Part shown: one piece after another, positions 16,419 to 25,932 of the stretch
Numbering within the stretch: the first letter of the stretch is position 1
Layout: every line of letters starts with the position of its first letter
NCBI GenBank assembly: GCA_038727095.1
Contig: JAVYWK010000014.1
Location: 1 to 45,858 of the forward strand
DNA length: 45,858 bases
Direction of reading: 5' to 3'
Source: Thermofilaceae archaeon
GTDB taxonomy: Archaea; Thermoproteota; Thermoprotei; Thermofilales; Thermofilaceae
Program-made: the position numbers and the translations under genes
Notes under the pieces: model-generated
Told to the model about the DNA's origin: nothing
Databases searched by the model: none
Seen by the model: only the letters and a program-made list of their open reading frames with translations

Positions 16419-18127
16419 TAGGGATGATCGAGGTTGGGAGAGTCGTCACCGTCTACGGGCGCAGCCTCATCCGGTTCGCCGCCTTCGAGGACAAGATCCA
16501 CCTGCTCCTGAAGCCGGGAGCCTACGTGAAGGTGGAATGCGGCGGGTCCTGGGCCTACGCGATGATCGTCAGCTTCAACCTCCTCGACGAGCTGTACAGG
16601 CGGGGCAGGATCGTGGAGGAGCTCGAGGGCTACGCAGAGCTGAGGCCGGCCCGGAACGAGCTGATCGCAATGCTCGTGGGCCTCGAGGACGGCGGGACCA
16701 TCAGGCGGGGCGTGCCGGAGCTCCCGAAGCCGGGGCAGAAGGTGTACGCGGCTGAAACTTGGGATCTGGCGAAAGCGACTGCGCAGGGCGACCTTGAGGT
16801 GGGTCGGCTCAGCTGCGACCCCAACGTCCACTACACGCTGTCGCTGAACATGCTCTGCTCCCGCCACTTCGCGGTACTGGCTATGACGGGCGCTGGGAAG
16901 TCCAACGCGGTGGCCGTGATCCTCGCCTCGATACTCGATAAGTACCCCTTCTCGAGGGTGATTGTCGTCGACACCCACAACGAGTACGTCCCGCTCGCCA
17001 GCAGGTACCCGAGCGTCCGCGTCGCTTCACCAGCCGGCAGGACCGCAAGGCTCGTGGAGGCCAGGTACGGTGTGAAACCGCTGCCCCTCGAAGTGCCCCT
17101 CTGGACCCTGGGGTTGGAGGAGGTGGCAGGCCTCCTCCGCCTCGACCCCTCCAAAGCCACGAAGCAGCTCATGTACCTGAGGAACGCGATGCAGGAGGCT
17201 CGTAGGGCCCGGTACCCGCTCGCGAGCGCCGACGACCCCATCTACCTCGAGGTGGGGGAGCTGCGGCAGCTGCTGGAGAGGCAGGCTAAAACGAGCCGGT
17301 ACACGGACAGGTCGCTCGACGACCTGCTGCTGAAGATCGACATGCTCATCGACAACGCGGACTTGAGGTACGTGACGAGACCGGTTGAGAGCAAGCGGAT
17401 TTACGAGGAGGTGGAGGGGGAGGAGCCGAGAAAGAGCGTTGAAGCCTACACGAGGATCTACGGTCGGCTGCTCGAGCCCGGCTTAACGGTGGTGGCGCTC
17501 GGCGGGCTGCCCAGCGACGCTCAAGCTTCGACGGCGGCCACGATCCTTAAGTCCGTCTGGAGGCTGATAACGGCTAGCGTGCTCGCGGGCAACCCACTGC
17601 CCACCCTCGTGATAGTCGAGGAGGCCCACAACTACGCCCCCCAGGGCCGCTGGAGCCCGGCCCGCGACATACTAGAGCGGATCGCGAAGGAGGGGAGGAA
17701 GTTCGGCATCGGCCTTGGGGTTGTGAGCCAGAGGCCTAGGGAGCTCTCCCAGACCCTACTCGCGCAGTGCGGAACGCTCATCGCGCTCAGGACGGCGAAC
17801 CCCAGGGACCAGGAGTACATCCTCAGCAGCATGGAGGACGTGGTTGGCGAGATGGTGGAAGGCCTCTCAGGCCTAGCGACAGGCGAGGCCCTCATCTCAG
17901 GATCCGCGGCTCTCATACCGGCGGTCATCCGGTTCTACGACTTCCAGTCCAAGTACGGAGTCACGCTCGGCGGGAAAGACCTAGACTGGTCGGCTGAATG
18001 GAGCCGGCCTCCAAAGCCGATCGACCTAGCACCCTACCTCGTGGGCGAAGAAGGGGAAGAGGTTAAAGCAGGGGAAGAGGGGGAAGCCGGAGCAGAGAAG
18101 AGCCGTTTACTCGAAGAGTTCTTCTAG
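16415..18127 (+). CDS. herA: HerA-family ATPase / DNA translocase
   Basis: HAS-barrel-like N-terminus, RHFAVLAMTGAGKSN (Walker A), VVDTHNEY, IVEEAHNY (Walker B), KEGRKFG, SQRP. Alternative start ATG 16424. Confidence 0.92.
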   Translation: MIGMIEVGRVVTVYGRSLIRFAAFEDKIHLLLKPGAYVKVECGGSWAYAMIVSFNLLDELYRRGRIVEELEGYAELRPARNELIAMLVGLEDGGTIRRGVPELPKPGQKVYAAETWDLAKATAQGDLEVGRLSCDPNVHYTLSLNMLCSRHFAVLAMTGAGKSNAVAVILASILDKYPFSRVIVVDTHNEYVPLASRYPSVRVASPAGRTARLVEARYGVKPLPLEVPLWTLGLEEVAGLLRLDPSKATKQLMYLRNAMQEARRARYPLASADDPIYLEVGELRQLLERQAKTSRYTDRSLDDLLLKIDMLIDNADLRYVTRPVESKRIYEEVEGEEPRKSVEAYTRIYGRLLEPGLTVVALGGLPSDAQASTAATILKSVWRLITASVLAGNPLPTLVIVEEAHNYAPQGRWSPARDILERIAKEGRKFGIGLGVVSQRPRELSQTLLAQCGTLIALRTANPRDQEYILSSMEDVVGEMVEGLSGLATGEALISGSAALIPAVIRFYDFQSKYGVTLGGKDLDWSAEWSRPPKPIDLAPYLVGEEGEEVKAGEEGEAGAEKSRLLEEFF

Positions 18128-18409
18128 CTTTCCATTATCCCCTGATTGACCAGCCCCTACACTCGACAATGACCCCCGAAGTTGGTAGGAGCTCCACGCC
18201 AGCGGGAACACAACCCAGGGCCCGGGAGCAAAAACCATCCCCTCCACCCTCCCTCGGCACCCCTTTCACCTCTACAAGTCATCTGCTAAGAACTTCGGAG
18301 CGGAAGGCTTCGTTCGGCGAAAGACGCCATGTTTAGCACATGTTTACGCTCCTTAACGGTTGAGGCTTAGAAAGGTTAAAAAGCCTTGAGAGTAAGTAAG
18401 GTTGGGAGT

Positions 18410-18673
18410 ATGAGAGTAAAAACGAGTTTGCTCCTCGACGAAGCTTTGTGGAGATTGTTTAAGGCTAGAGTAACGAAAGAAAGGGGTTTGAGGGGGCTTA
18501 GCGAGGCGGTAGAGGAGGCGATAAGGGAGGAGCTGTGCGACATCGAAGTTGCTGAAGCTTTATCGAAGTTGGCTGGAGATGAGATTGCCGCGCTTGACGT
18601 GGAGCCCGTTAAGCCGCTCATAGAAACCTCGGCCGCTCAAGCTGTGAGAGAGCTGAGGGAGTCCAGGTTGTGA
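18410..18673 (+). CDS. vapB: VapB-type RHH antitoxin
   Basis: MRVKTSLLLDEALWRLFK...LSEAVEEAIRE; promoter AAAGGTTAAAAAG at 18371-18383 favours ATG 18410; GTGA overlap with toxin. Confidence 0.82.
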   Translation: MRVKTSLLLDEALWRLFKARVTKERGLRGLSEAVEEAIREELCDIEVAEALSKLAGDEIAALDVEPVKPLIETSAAQAVRELRESRL

Positions 18674-19119
18674 AAGTTTACCTCGATTCGAGCGCGATCG
18701 TCAAAAGGTACGTAGAGGAGAGGGGAAGCACCATCGTGCGGAAGGTCTACAGAGAGGCGTACAGCGGGAGTGCAACCCTGACGGTATCAGCTTGGAACAT
18801 TGGTGAGGTTCTTGGCGTCTTCAACAAGTACCGCAGGAGGGGGTGGCTGAGCGAGGAGGGCTACACCGAAGCTCTACGAACCTTCGCCAGTGAAACATCG
18901 AGGCTCATCAAGCTTGGTGCAATGAGCTTGGTTCCCGTTAGAACGAGCATCCTGATCGCCTCCTGGAGCCTCACCCTAAAGCACAACATCTACCAGGCCG
19001 ACGCCCTCCAGGTAGTATCAGCGAAGCACGCGGGAGCGGACATTTTCTACACAGGGGACAGGGAGCTAGCTAAAGTCGCATCGAGCGAGGGGCTCAAAGT
19101 CGTGTGTTTGGAGGACTAA
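18670..19119 (+). CDS. vapC: VapC PIN-domain toxin
   Basis: VYLDSSAIVKRYVEE, WNIGE, IYQADALQVVSA, FYTGD. Confidence 0.92.
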   Translation: MKVYLDSSAIVKRYVEERGSTIVRKVYREAYSGSATLTVSAWNIGEVLGVFNKYRRRGWLSEEGYTEALRTFASETSRLIKLGAMSLVPVRTSILIASWSLTLKHNIYQADALQVVSAKHAGADIFYTGDRELAKVASSEGLKVVCLED

Positions 19120-19217
19120 CAGCTGCCGTCAACAGGCAGGCCTGTGAGGCGAATGCTGCATCGCAGCTGAGCAGAGGTAACTGTCGTATGGGGTTAACTG
19201 TTTAAGCTGAGCAAGCG

Positions 19218-19653
19218 TTAAGAGAACCTATTCCACCTCTCGAAAACATCCCTCAGAATGCTCGTGCCAATTACAACTCCACTAGTTGTACCCCCCTTTC
19301 CTCACCACTCCTCCCATCTGGGAAAAGCTCTAAGGCTTACTTCTTGTTCATGCGCCCCCTCGATCACTCAGCGGCTATAACGCTGTAAGCGAAGATTGAG
19401 CCGATACAATGCGACCCCGTTATAAAGAGCATCCGCCGCGCTCAGAGACTATCCTATTTTGAACTTAGTTAACTGCCTTACATAGCTTGAAGCGGGTGGT
19501 GCTTTAGGGAATTTTCTATTTAGTTATTCTAGACCCTCTGTTTGCATAAACACAAATAGCAAGCTTCCCCTCCTCAGATCCTGGGTGAATATTTCTTTAA
19601 GGACCCTCAAAAACGTCGATTAAGGGTCAGTCGTCGATGTAGAGGATTGCCAC
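19218..19653 (-). pseudogene. Possible decayed PIN-domain gene remnant(s)
   Basis: Stop-interrupted minus-strand fragments VAILYIDD* (from 19653), LSAADALY (19445-19422) and GVVIGTSILRDVF (~19280-19242) resemble PIN motifs. Confidence 0.25.
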
Positions 19654-19975
19654 CTTTCTCTAAGTTGATCGAGGATCAATCATACACTAAGGACAAGTAC
19701 TCATGTGCAATAAAAGTTGTTTTTATAACATATCCATGCGACTAATCACCAATAGAATATCGAAAGAGATTAAATATCTAACAGTATTATTATTTCTATT
19801 TATGTAACATTTTATGGTTAATATTATATTTTTACTCTAATATGTTAAAAATATAAATTATAGATTTATTTACTTGAAGATAATTTTTCGCCTGCTTGAT
19901 TTTTAGCTTTATCTCATATAAAAGAATACTGAAATAAGACTTATAAAGATAAATGTTGCTAACCTATATGAGAAA

Positions 19976-21904
19976 ATGCCCACAAAGGATCTTTGGACAG
20001 GTAAGATAGTTATTTTAGCAGCGCTTTTGGCTGTCCTCCTGATAGCGCCTCCCGCACTGTACGCTCAACGGGAGGAGAGAAAACCTCTATTTGTTGGCGC
20101 TTGGCCGTATTTGCTTCCGCCTGAAGGGCACTTTAACACATTCGTTACTGGTGGTTTAACGTTTGGTATCTATCAACAAGTCATAGAGGAACCGCTTGCT
20201 CTTTACCTCTGGCATAACGACACGTACATTCCATGGCTTGCTACTTCATGGGAGATTGCGGGTGAATACTTCATCGTGCACTTAAGGCAGGGTGTAACCT
20301 TCCATGATGGTACGCCGTTTACGGCTAAAGATGTAGCTGGTACTTGGTTGATCCATTATATCCTGAATCACCCGCTGTACTCGTTGGGCTTTGTAGACAA
20401 AGTTGAAATCGTTGATGATTACACTGTCAGGTTCCACATCAAAAAGCCTTCACCAATATTAGTAAGGTATATTCTACGGGAGCCGGTAAGAGCCTATTCG
20501 GTTTACAAGGACTTTGTAGATAAAGCGATGGATTACATGAATCAAGGCTTAACACCGACAGCAGATCCTGTCAAGCAGCTCGCAGCCGAATTCAGGAACT
20601 TTAGGCCTGACAAGTATATTGGGACGGGGCCCTTCATGTGGATTGGTGAGATAACCGAAGCTGAGGTTTGGTTTAAGTTCTACGAGAACTACTGGAACAA
20701 GGATAGAGTAAAGTTTAGGTGGCTAAAGTTGATTAACGGCGAAACTCCGCAAGTCACTCCACATGTCTTAGCCAAGGAGGTGGATTACGCAACACATGGG
20801 TTCCCGCCAGCCACAGAGCAGCAGTTTAAGGAGCTGGGTATTAGAATAATCAGGCCTCCGATCTACTCGGGTCCCGCTATATACTTCAACATGAAGATAT
20901 GGCCTCTTAATGAAACGTGGTTTAGGAAGGCTATAGCCTATGCAATAAACACCACCGAGAACGGTTGGGTCTCCCTATCCGAGTCTGGAAGACCCGTGAG
21001 GCTAGCGTCTGGTCTCCCTATCGAGCTGAACGATATCTGGTTGACCTCGGAGACGAAACAGAAACTTGAGATTTACGAGTACAACCCTGAGAAAGCTGCT
21101 CAGATTCTGCAGGAGCATGGTTTCACGAAAGGGGCTGATGGATGGTGGCGCTACCCCAACGGCACGATCGTAGAGTTCGAGCTATCATTCCCAGCTGAAT
21201 ACGCGGACTGGTCCGCTGCAGCGGAGAATGCAGCAGCTCAACTAAGAAAGTTTGGAATAAGGGTGACCACGAGAGCTATAACCTACACTCAGCACCCGCT
21301 GGAGGTTTGGGCTGGAAACTTCCAGTTAGCCATTCGACACTGGGGAGGTGGTGCGAACCCGCACCCGTACTTCCACTTCTACGCGCCCTTCATTTACTGG
21401 AATGAGAGGGAGGCTGGCGTTGGAGAGGGCAGACCAGGCATAAGTTTTCCGCTTGTTCAGGACACTAAGTGCTGTGGGCGTGTAGACATACGTGAGCTTG
21501 TAACAAGGGTTGCTGAAGGCTTTGACATCGAGCGAACAAGGCAGATCACGAACACTTTAGCCCTTGTGTTCAACGAGCTTCTACCATGCGTGATACTATG
21601 GCAGAGGTACGGGAACAACCCATCTTTGGACGGCGTGAGAGTTACAGGCTGGCCACCCGATAGTGATCCGATTTTCAAGAATCCACCCTACGGTGACGCT
21701 TTCGTGGTCTTTATGCTGCTAACGGGTTACGGTCTACAACCTACGCCTGAGAATATGCCTACGCCACCTGCACAGCCTGGTCAACCCGAGCAACCTCAGC
21801 AAGCTGGGCTTCCACAGTCGGTGATCATCGCGGCAGTCGTCGTCATCGTTATCGTCGCGGTTTTAGCCTGGATAATGATTTCGAGGCGAGGAAAGAGAGG
21901 TTAA
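19976..21904 (+). CDS. ABC transporter substrate-binding protein, family 5 (Opp/Dpp type; possibly oligosaccharide-binding)
   Basis: Signal peptide, PWLATSWE, LRQGVTFHDGTPFTAKDV, IGTGPF, FRKAIAYAIN; P/Q-rich linker and C-terminal TM anchor. Confidence 0.92.
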   Translation: MPTKDLWTGKIVILAALLAVLLIAPPALYAQREERKPLFVGAWPYLLPPEGHFNTFVTGGLTFGIYQQVIEEPLALYLWHNDTYIPWLATSWEIAGEYFIVHLRQGVTFHDGTPFTAKDVAGTWLIHYILNHPLYSLGFVDKVEIVDDYTVRFHIKKPSPILVRYILREPVRAYSVYKDFVDKAMDYMNQGLTPTADPVKQLAAEFRNFRPDKYIGTGPFMWIGEITEAEVWFKFYENYWNKDRVKFRWLKLINGETPQVTPHVLAKEVDYATHGFPPATEQQFKELGIRIIRPPIYSGPAIYFNMKIWPLNETWFRKAIAYAINTTENGWVSLSESGRPVRLASGLPIELNDIWLTSETKQKLEIYEYNPEKAAQILQEHGFTKGADGWWRYPNGTIVEFELSFPAEYADWSAAAENAAAQLRKFGIRVTTRAITYTQHPLEVWAGNFQLAIRHWGGGANPHPYFHFYAPFIYWNEREAGVGEGRPGISFPLVQDTKCCGRVDIRELVTRVAEGFDIERTRQITNTLALVFNELLPCVILWQRYGNNPSLDGVRVTGWPPDSDPIFKNPPYGDAFVVFMLLTGYGLQPTPENMPTPPAQPGQPEQPQQAGLPQSVIIAAVVVIVIVAVLAWIMISRRGKRG

Positions 21905-21978
21905 AATTTTTTATTTATATTTTTTAGCATAATCTTTAAATAGTCTTCATCAGTTATTAGCCAGAAAAAGGTGATAGT

Positions 21979-23010
21979 ATGCGTGTACGAAGAGCTTTAA
22001 GGAAAGTAGTAGGGAACTACCTATTCAGGAGGGTGCTTAGGGCTTTTGGCATAATAATTTCTGCATCAACGATTACATTTATCATTATCAGGTTAATGCC
22101 CAGCAACCCGATAGAGATCTTTATCAATCAGATGATGTCTGCGTACGGTATGTCCTACGAGGATGCTAAAGCCTTGGCTCTTGCTCTATTCACGATCGAT
22201 TTGGACAAACCCATGCACGAGCAGTACATCGAATACCTAGCAAACATATTGAGAGGGAACCTTGGAGCCTCAATCTCCATTTCTCCTGGCACACCTGTAA
22301 TGAATGTTGTCTCAGCTTTCCTCCCCTGGACGCTCTTCAGCGTTTCCATTTCGCTTTTCGCGAGTTTTCTCCTGGGGATCACAATCGGCATAGCTGCTGC
22401 CTATAGAAGGGGTAGCATCTTTGACAGAGTTGTTTGCACTGTGGCAGCAGTAACCAGCGCAATACCGGGATACCTTCTCGGCATCCTTATCGTAGTGTTC
22501 ATAGGCGTACGTTTCGGCGTAATTCATTACATGAGGGGGGCGTACAGTGCCGGTTTAACTCCCGGCTTTAACCTAACCTTTATTATCGACGTCTTCTTAC
22601 ACCTAGCTGCACCCTTTACAACGTATGTGTTAAGCACCTGGGGGGGCTGGACGCTATCTATGAGGGCTAACACGCTGGCCGTGCTCGGGGAGGATTACGT
22701 GACCGTTGCTAGGGCTAAAGGCCTGCCTGAAGGGCGTATAAGGGTGCACTATGTCGGTAGAAACGCTATGTTGCCCCTTTTCACGTCTCTAGCCATCAGC
22801 TTAGGCTTCATATTCGGTGGATCAACATTGATTGAGAATGTTTTCGTCTATAGGGGGGTTGGTAGGCTGCTCTGGTCGAGCGTCAACGCCCGCGATTACG
22901 TCGTTATGCAGGCTGTCTTCCTGATAATTACGATATCCGTTGTCTTATCGAACCTTCTAGCTGATCTCATTTATTCCGTAATCGATCCCAGGGTTAGAGT
23001 TGGGGGGTGA
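21979..23010 (+). CDS. Opp/Dpp-type ABC transporter permease (OppB/DppB)
   Basis: LDKPMHEQY, GNLGAS, EDYVTVARAKGL (EAA loop), DLIYSVIDPRVR. Confidence 0.93.
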   Translation: MRVRRALRKVVGNYLFRRVLRAFGIIISASTITFIIIRLMPSNPIEIFINQMMSAYGMSYEDAKALALALFTIDLDKPMHEQYIEYLANILRGNLGASISISPGTPVMNVVSAFLPWTLFSVSISLFASFLLGITIGIAAAYRRGSIFDRVVCTVAAVTSAIPGYLLGILIVVFIGVRFGVIHYMRGAYSAGLTPGFNLTFIIDVFLHLAAPFTTYVLSTWGGWTLSMRANTLAVLGEDYVTVARAKGLPEGRIRVHYVGRNAMLPLFTSLAISLGFIFGGSTLIENVFVYRGVGRLLWSSVNARDYVVMQAVFLIITISVVLSNLLADLIYSVIDPRVRVGG

Positions 23011-23897
23011 GGGGCGTGAAGGCTCAGCGATTGACAAACGTTTTGCATACTTTCATTATAGACCCGGTTAAACTGATAACACGTAAAAAATCAGGTTTAA
23101 TCTCCTTTATCGGGCTACTCATATACATTTTGATGGCATTGTTTGGAGCATACTTAGTTCCTCTGGATACGCAACCGAAGCCTTGGAAAAGGTACCTTCC
23201 CCCATCGCTCGAGCATCCTTTGGGGACCGATTTTGAGGGGAAGGATATTTTCTCGCAGATAATCAACGGCGCTGGTGACGTGCTCTACGTCGCTTTTCTT
23301 GCAAGCACGTTTACCGTAGTGATTGCAACGTTGCTTGGCTCCGTATCGGGCTTCAAGGGGGGATTGATAGACTCCCTCGTAATGGCGGTTGACGAAATTC
23401 TGCTTACGATACCTCAATTCCCCCTACTAGTAGTTCTAGCTGCACTGATAAGGTTGGATAACTTCACCTTAGCGCTCTTATTGGGGGCTCTATCTTGGCC
23501 AGCTCTAGCGAGAGCCATTAGAGCTCAGATCCTCTCCTTGAAAGAAAGAGATTTCATAGAGGCTGCAAGAGCGCTCGGCCTGGGGTTAAGGCATATAATA
23601 TTCGTTGAAATGCTGCCTAACCTGCTACCGTACATCGTCGTCAGCTGGATTCTGTCAATGACAGGGGCTATTTACTCGCAAGTGGGTCTCGTGTTCTTGG
23701 GCTTCGTCCCATTCAGGTCGCACAACTGGGGTGTAATGATAAACCTGGCTTGGACTTGGGGTGCAATATACTACAAGGATAGCGTCTGGTACATCATATC
23801 CCCGATCTTCGCGATCATTTTCTTCCAGCTATGCACGATATACTTTGCCTCCTCACTGGAGGAGCTATTGAACCCCAGGCTTAGAGAAGCGAGGTGA
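23007..23897 (+). CDS. Opp/Dpp-type ABC transporter permease (OppC/DppC)
   Basis: PPSLEHPLGTDFEGKD, RDFIEAARALG, LNPRLR. Confidence 0.93.
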   Translation: MRGVKAQRLTNVLHTFIIDPVKLITRKKSGLISFIGLLIYILMALFGAYLVPLDTQPKPWKRYLPPSLEHPLGTDFEGKDIFSQIINGAGDVLYVAFLASTFTVVIATLLGSVSGFKGGLIDSLVMAVDEILLTIPQFPLLVVLAALIRLDNFTLALLLGALSWPALARAIRAQILSLKERDFIEAARALGLGLRHIIFVEMLPNLLPYIVVSWILSMTGAIYSQVGLVFLGFVPFRSHNWGVMINLAWTWGAIYYKDSVWYIISPIFAIIFFQLCTIYFASSLEELLNPRLREAR

Positions 23898-23901
23898 GAA
23901 T

Positions 23902-24927
23902 GTGATGACGTTCGAGGTTAGCGAAGCTGTGGCTGGGAGCGAGCCGATAATAGAGATCAACGATCTAACGGTTGAGTACCCCTCACCGAGAGGGGTGATC
24001 AAGGCCGTTAGAGGCGTCAGCTTGAAGGTATACCGTGGTGAAACTCTCTTCCTCGTCGGGGAGAGCGGCTCGGGGAAGACTACTCTTGGGCTCGCACTGT
24101 TGAATCTCGTCCCGCGGCCAGGGCGTATCGTGGAAGGCTCGATAGTTTACAACATTGACGGTAAAAGCATCGACATACTGAAGCTATCTGAGGATGAGCT
24201 GAGAAACTTCCGTTGGAGAAACGTTGCGATGGTTTTCCAATCCGCACTGAACTCCCTGAACCCCGTGCTCAGGATATGGGATCAGATGTACGACACGATA
24301 GAGTCTCACGATTCAAGCATCTCTCGCGATGAATCATACGAGAGGGTTAGGAGGTTGCTCAACCTGGTTAGGTTGGACCCGGCTCGAGTTCTAAAGGCTT
24401 ACCCTCACCAGCTCAGCGGGGGGATGCGTCAAAGAGTCATGATCGCGATGTCTCTTCTTCTCAATCCCAAGGTGCTGATACTCGACGAGCCTACAACAGC
24501 GCTAGATCTCCTGACTCAGAAGAGCATCATGGACGTTTTAAAGAGCATTAAAAGAGAGCTCGGTTTAACGATGATTTTCATCACCCACGACTTGGCGCTC
24601 GCGGCGGAGCTGGCTGACAGGGTAGCTGTCATGTACGCGGGGAAGATCGTGGAGCTGGGAGACGTTTACGAAGTGTTCTATAGACCGAAGCACCCGTACA
24701 CGTACGCTCTCCTGAAAACCGTACCCAAGCTTACGTCGATCCACGAGGAGCTCTACCCCATCCCCGGTTCTCCCCCGGACATGTCGAATCTTCCACTCGG
24801 CTGCAAGTTCCACCCGCGCTGCCCCTACGCTGTCGATACCTGCATGAGCAGTGAACCGGGTGAGGAGTGGATGGCGCCCAACCGTATGGTTTCATGCCAC
24901 AGGTTCAAGGAACTTTCCCTGGGGTGA
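23902..24927 (+). CDS. Opp/Dpp-type ABC ATPase (OppD/DppD)
   Basis: GESGSGKT, YPHQLSGGMRQR, LDEPT, ITHD, C-terminal GCKFHPRCP. Confidence 0.95.
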   Translation: MMTFEVSEAVAGSEPIIEINDLTVEYPSPRGVIKAVRGVSLKVYRGETLFLVGESGSGKTTLGLALLNLVPRPGRIVEGSIVYNIDGKSIDILKLSEDELRNFRWRNVAMVFQSALNSLNPVLRIWDQMYDTIESHDSSISRDESYERVRRLLNLVRLDPARVLKAYPHQLSGGMRQRVMIAMSLLLNPKVLILDEPTTALDLLTQKSIMDVLKSIKRELGLTMIFITHDLALAAELADRVAVMYAGKIVELGDVYEVFYRPKHPYTYALLKTVPKLTSIHEELYPIPGSPPDMSNLPLGCKFHPRCPYAVDTCMSSEPGEEWMAPNRMVSCHRFKELSLG

Positions 24928-24933
24928 GTAGCT

Positions 24934-25932
24934 ATGAGCTGGCTTCTGGAGTTAAAGGATGTGTCGGTCGCTTTCGAGGTTTCGAGGGGTATCTTCACGT
25001 CGAGGGTGAAAGCGAAGGCAATCGACAAGGTCAGCCTGCAATTGGGTGAGAGACAAACGCTTGCTCTCGTCGGCGAATCTGGCTGCGGTAAAACGACTAC
25101 GGGGAGGGTAGCTGCAGGCCTCATAAGGCCCACAGAAGGGTCGGTGCTATTCTACGGTAGAGACGTGTGGAAACTCGATCGGACCGAGTTTAAGACATTC
25201 CGCAGGTCAGTGCAGATCATACACCAGGACCCGTACGCTTCACTTAACCCGATGCTAACGATATACAGGACGCTCTCAGCACCCCTCTTCAACCACGGGA
25301 TTGTTTCATCGAAGAAAGAGGCTGTAGAGTACGTCTCAAAACTCTTGGAAACTGTCGGTCTTATCCCACCCGAAGACTTTATCTTTAAGTACCCACATCA
25401 GCTCAGCGGGGGGCAGAGGCAGAGGGTGGTCATAGCGCGCGCCATCAGCATCAACCCCAAGTGCATCGTCGCCGACGAGCCCGTTTCTATGATCGATGTT
25501 TCGCTCCGCCTGCAAATCCTCAGGTTGATGAAGGATCTTCAGCGTAAAATGGGTATCTCGTACCTGTTCATCACGCACGATCTAGCCACTGGGAGATACT
25601 TCGCCAGCGACGGTTACACCGCGGTGATGTACTTGGGTACGATAGTTGAGTTCGGTCCAACGAACTCCGTCATACTAGATCCCCAGCACCCCTACACGAG
25701 AGTCCTGCTCTCAGCCATTCCCGAGCCCGATCCTGAAAAAACTCGGAAGAAAAAGGTGATGCAGCTTAGAAGCCTAGACGTACCCAGCCTACTGAACATA
25801 CCACCTGGCTGCAAGTTCCACCCGCGCTGCCCCTTCTTCATCGAGGGTAAATGTGACAAGCAGCCTCCCCCGAGGTACCATCTAGGGAAGGATCGATGGG
25901 TAGCATGCTACCTTTACGAGGGTGCCGGCTAA
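24934..25932 (+). CDS. Opp/Dpp-type ABC ATPase (OppF/DppF)
   Basis: GESGCGKT, YPHQLSGGQRQR, ADEPVS, ITHD, GCKFHPRCP. Confidence 0.95.
   Translation: MSWLLELKDVSVAFEVSRGIFTSRVKAKAIDKVSLQLGERQTLALVGESGCGKTTTGRVAAGLIRPTEGSVLFYGRDVWKLDRTEFKTFRRSVQIIHQDPYASLNPMLTIYRTLSAPLFNHGIVSSKKEAVEYVSKLLETVGLIPPEDFIFKYPHQLSGGQRQRVVIARAISINPKCIVADEPVSMIDVSLRLQILRLMKDLQRKMGISYLFITHDLATGRYFASDGYTAVMYLGTIVEFGPTNSVILDPQHPYTRVLLSAIPEPDPEKTRKKKVMQLRSLDVPSLLNIPPGCKFHPRCPFFIEGKCDKQPPPRYHLGKDRWVACYLYEGAG

Noticed and set aside
15741-17241. Minus-strand ORFs of 184, 211 and 136 aa
   Set aside because: Shadows of nurA and herA with no motifs.
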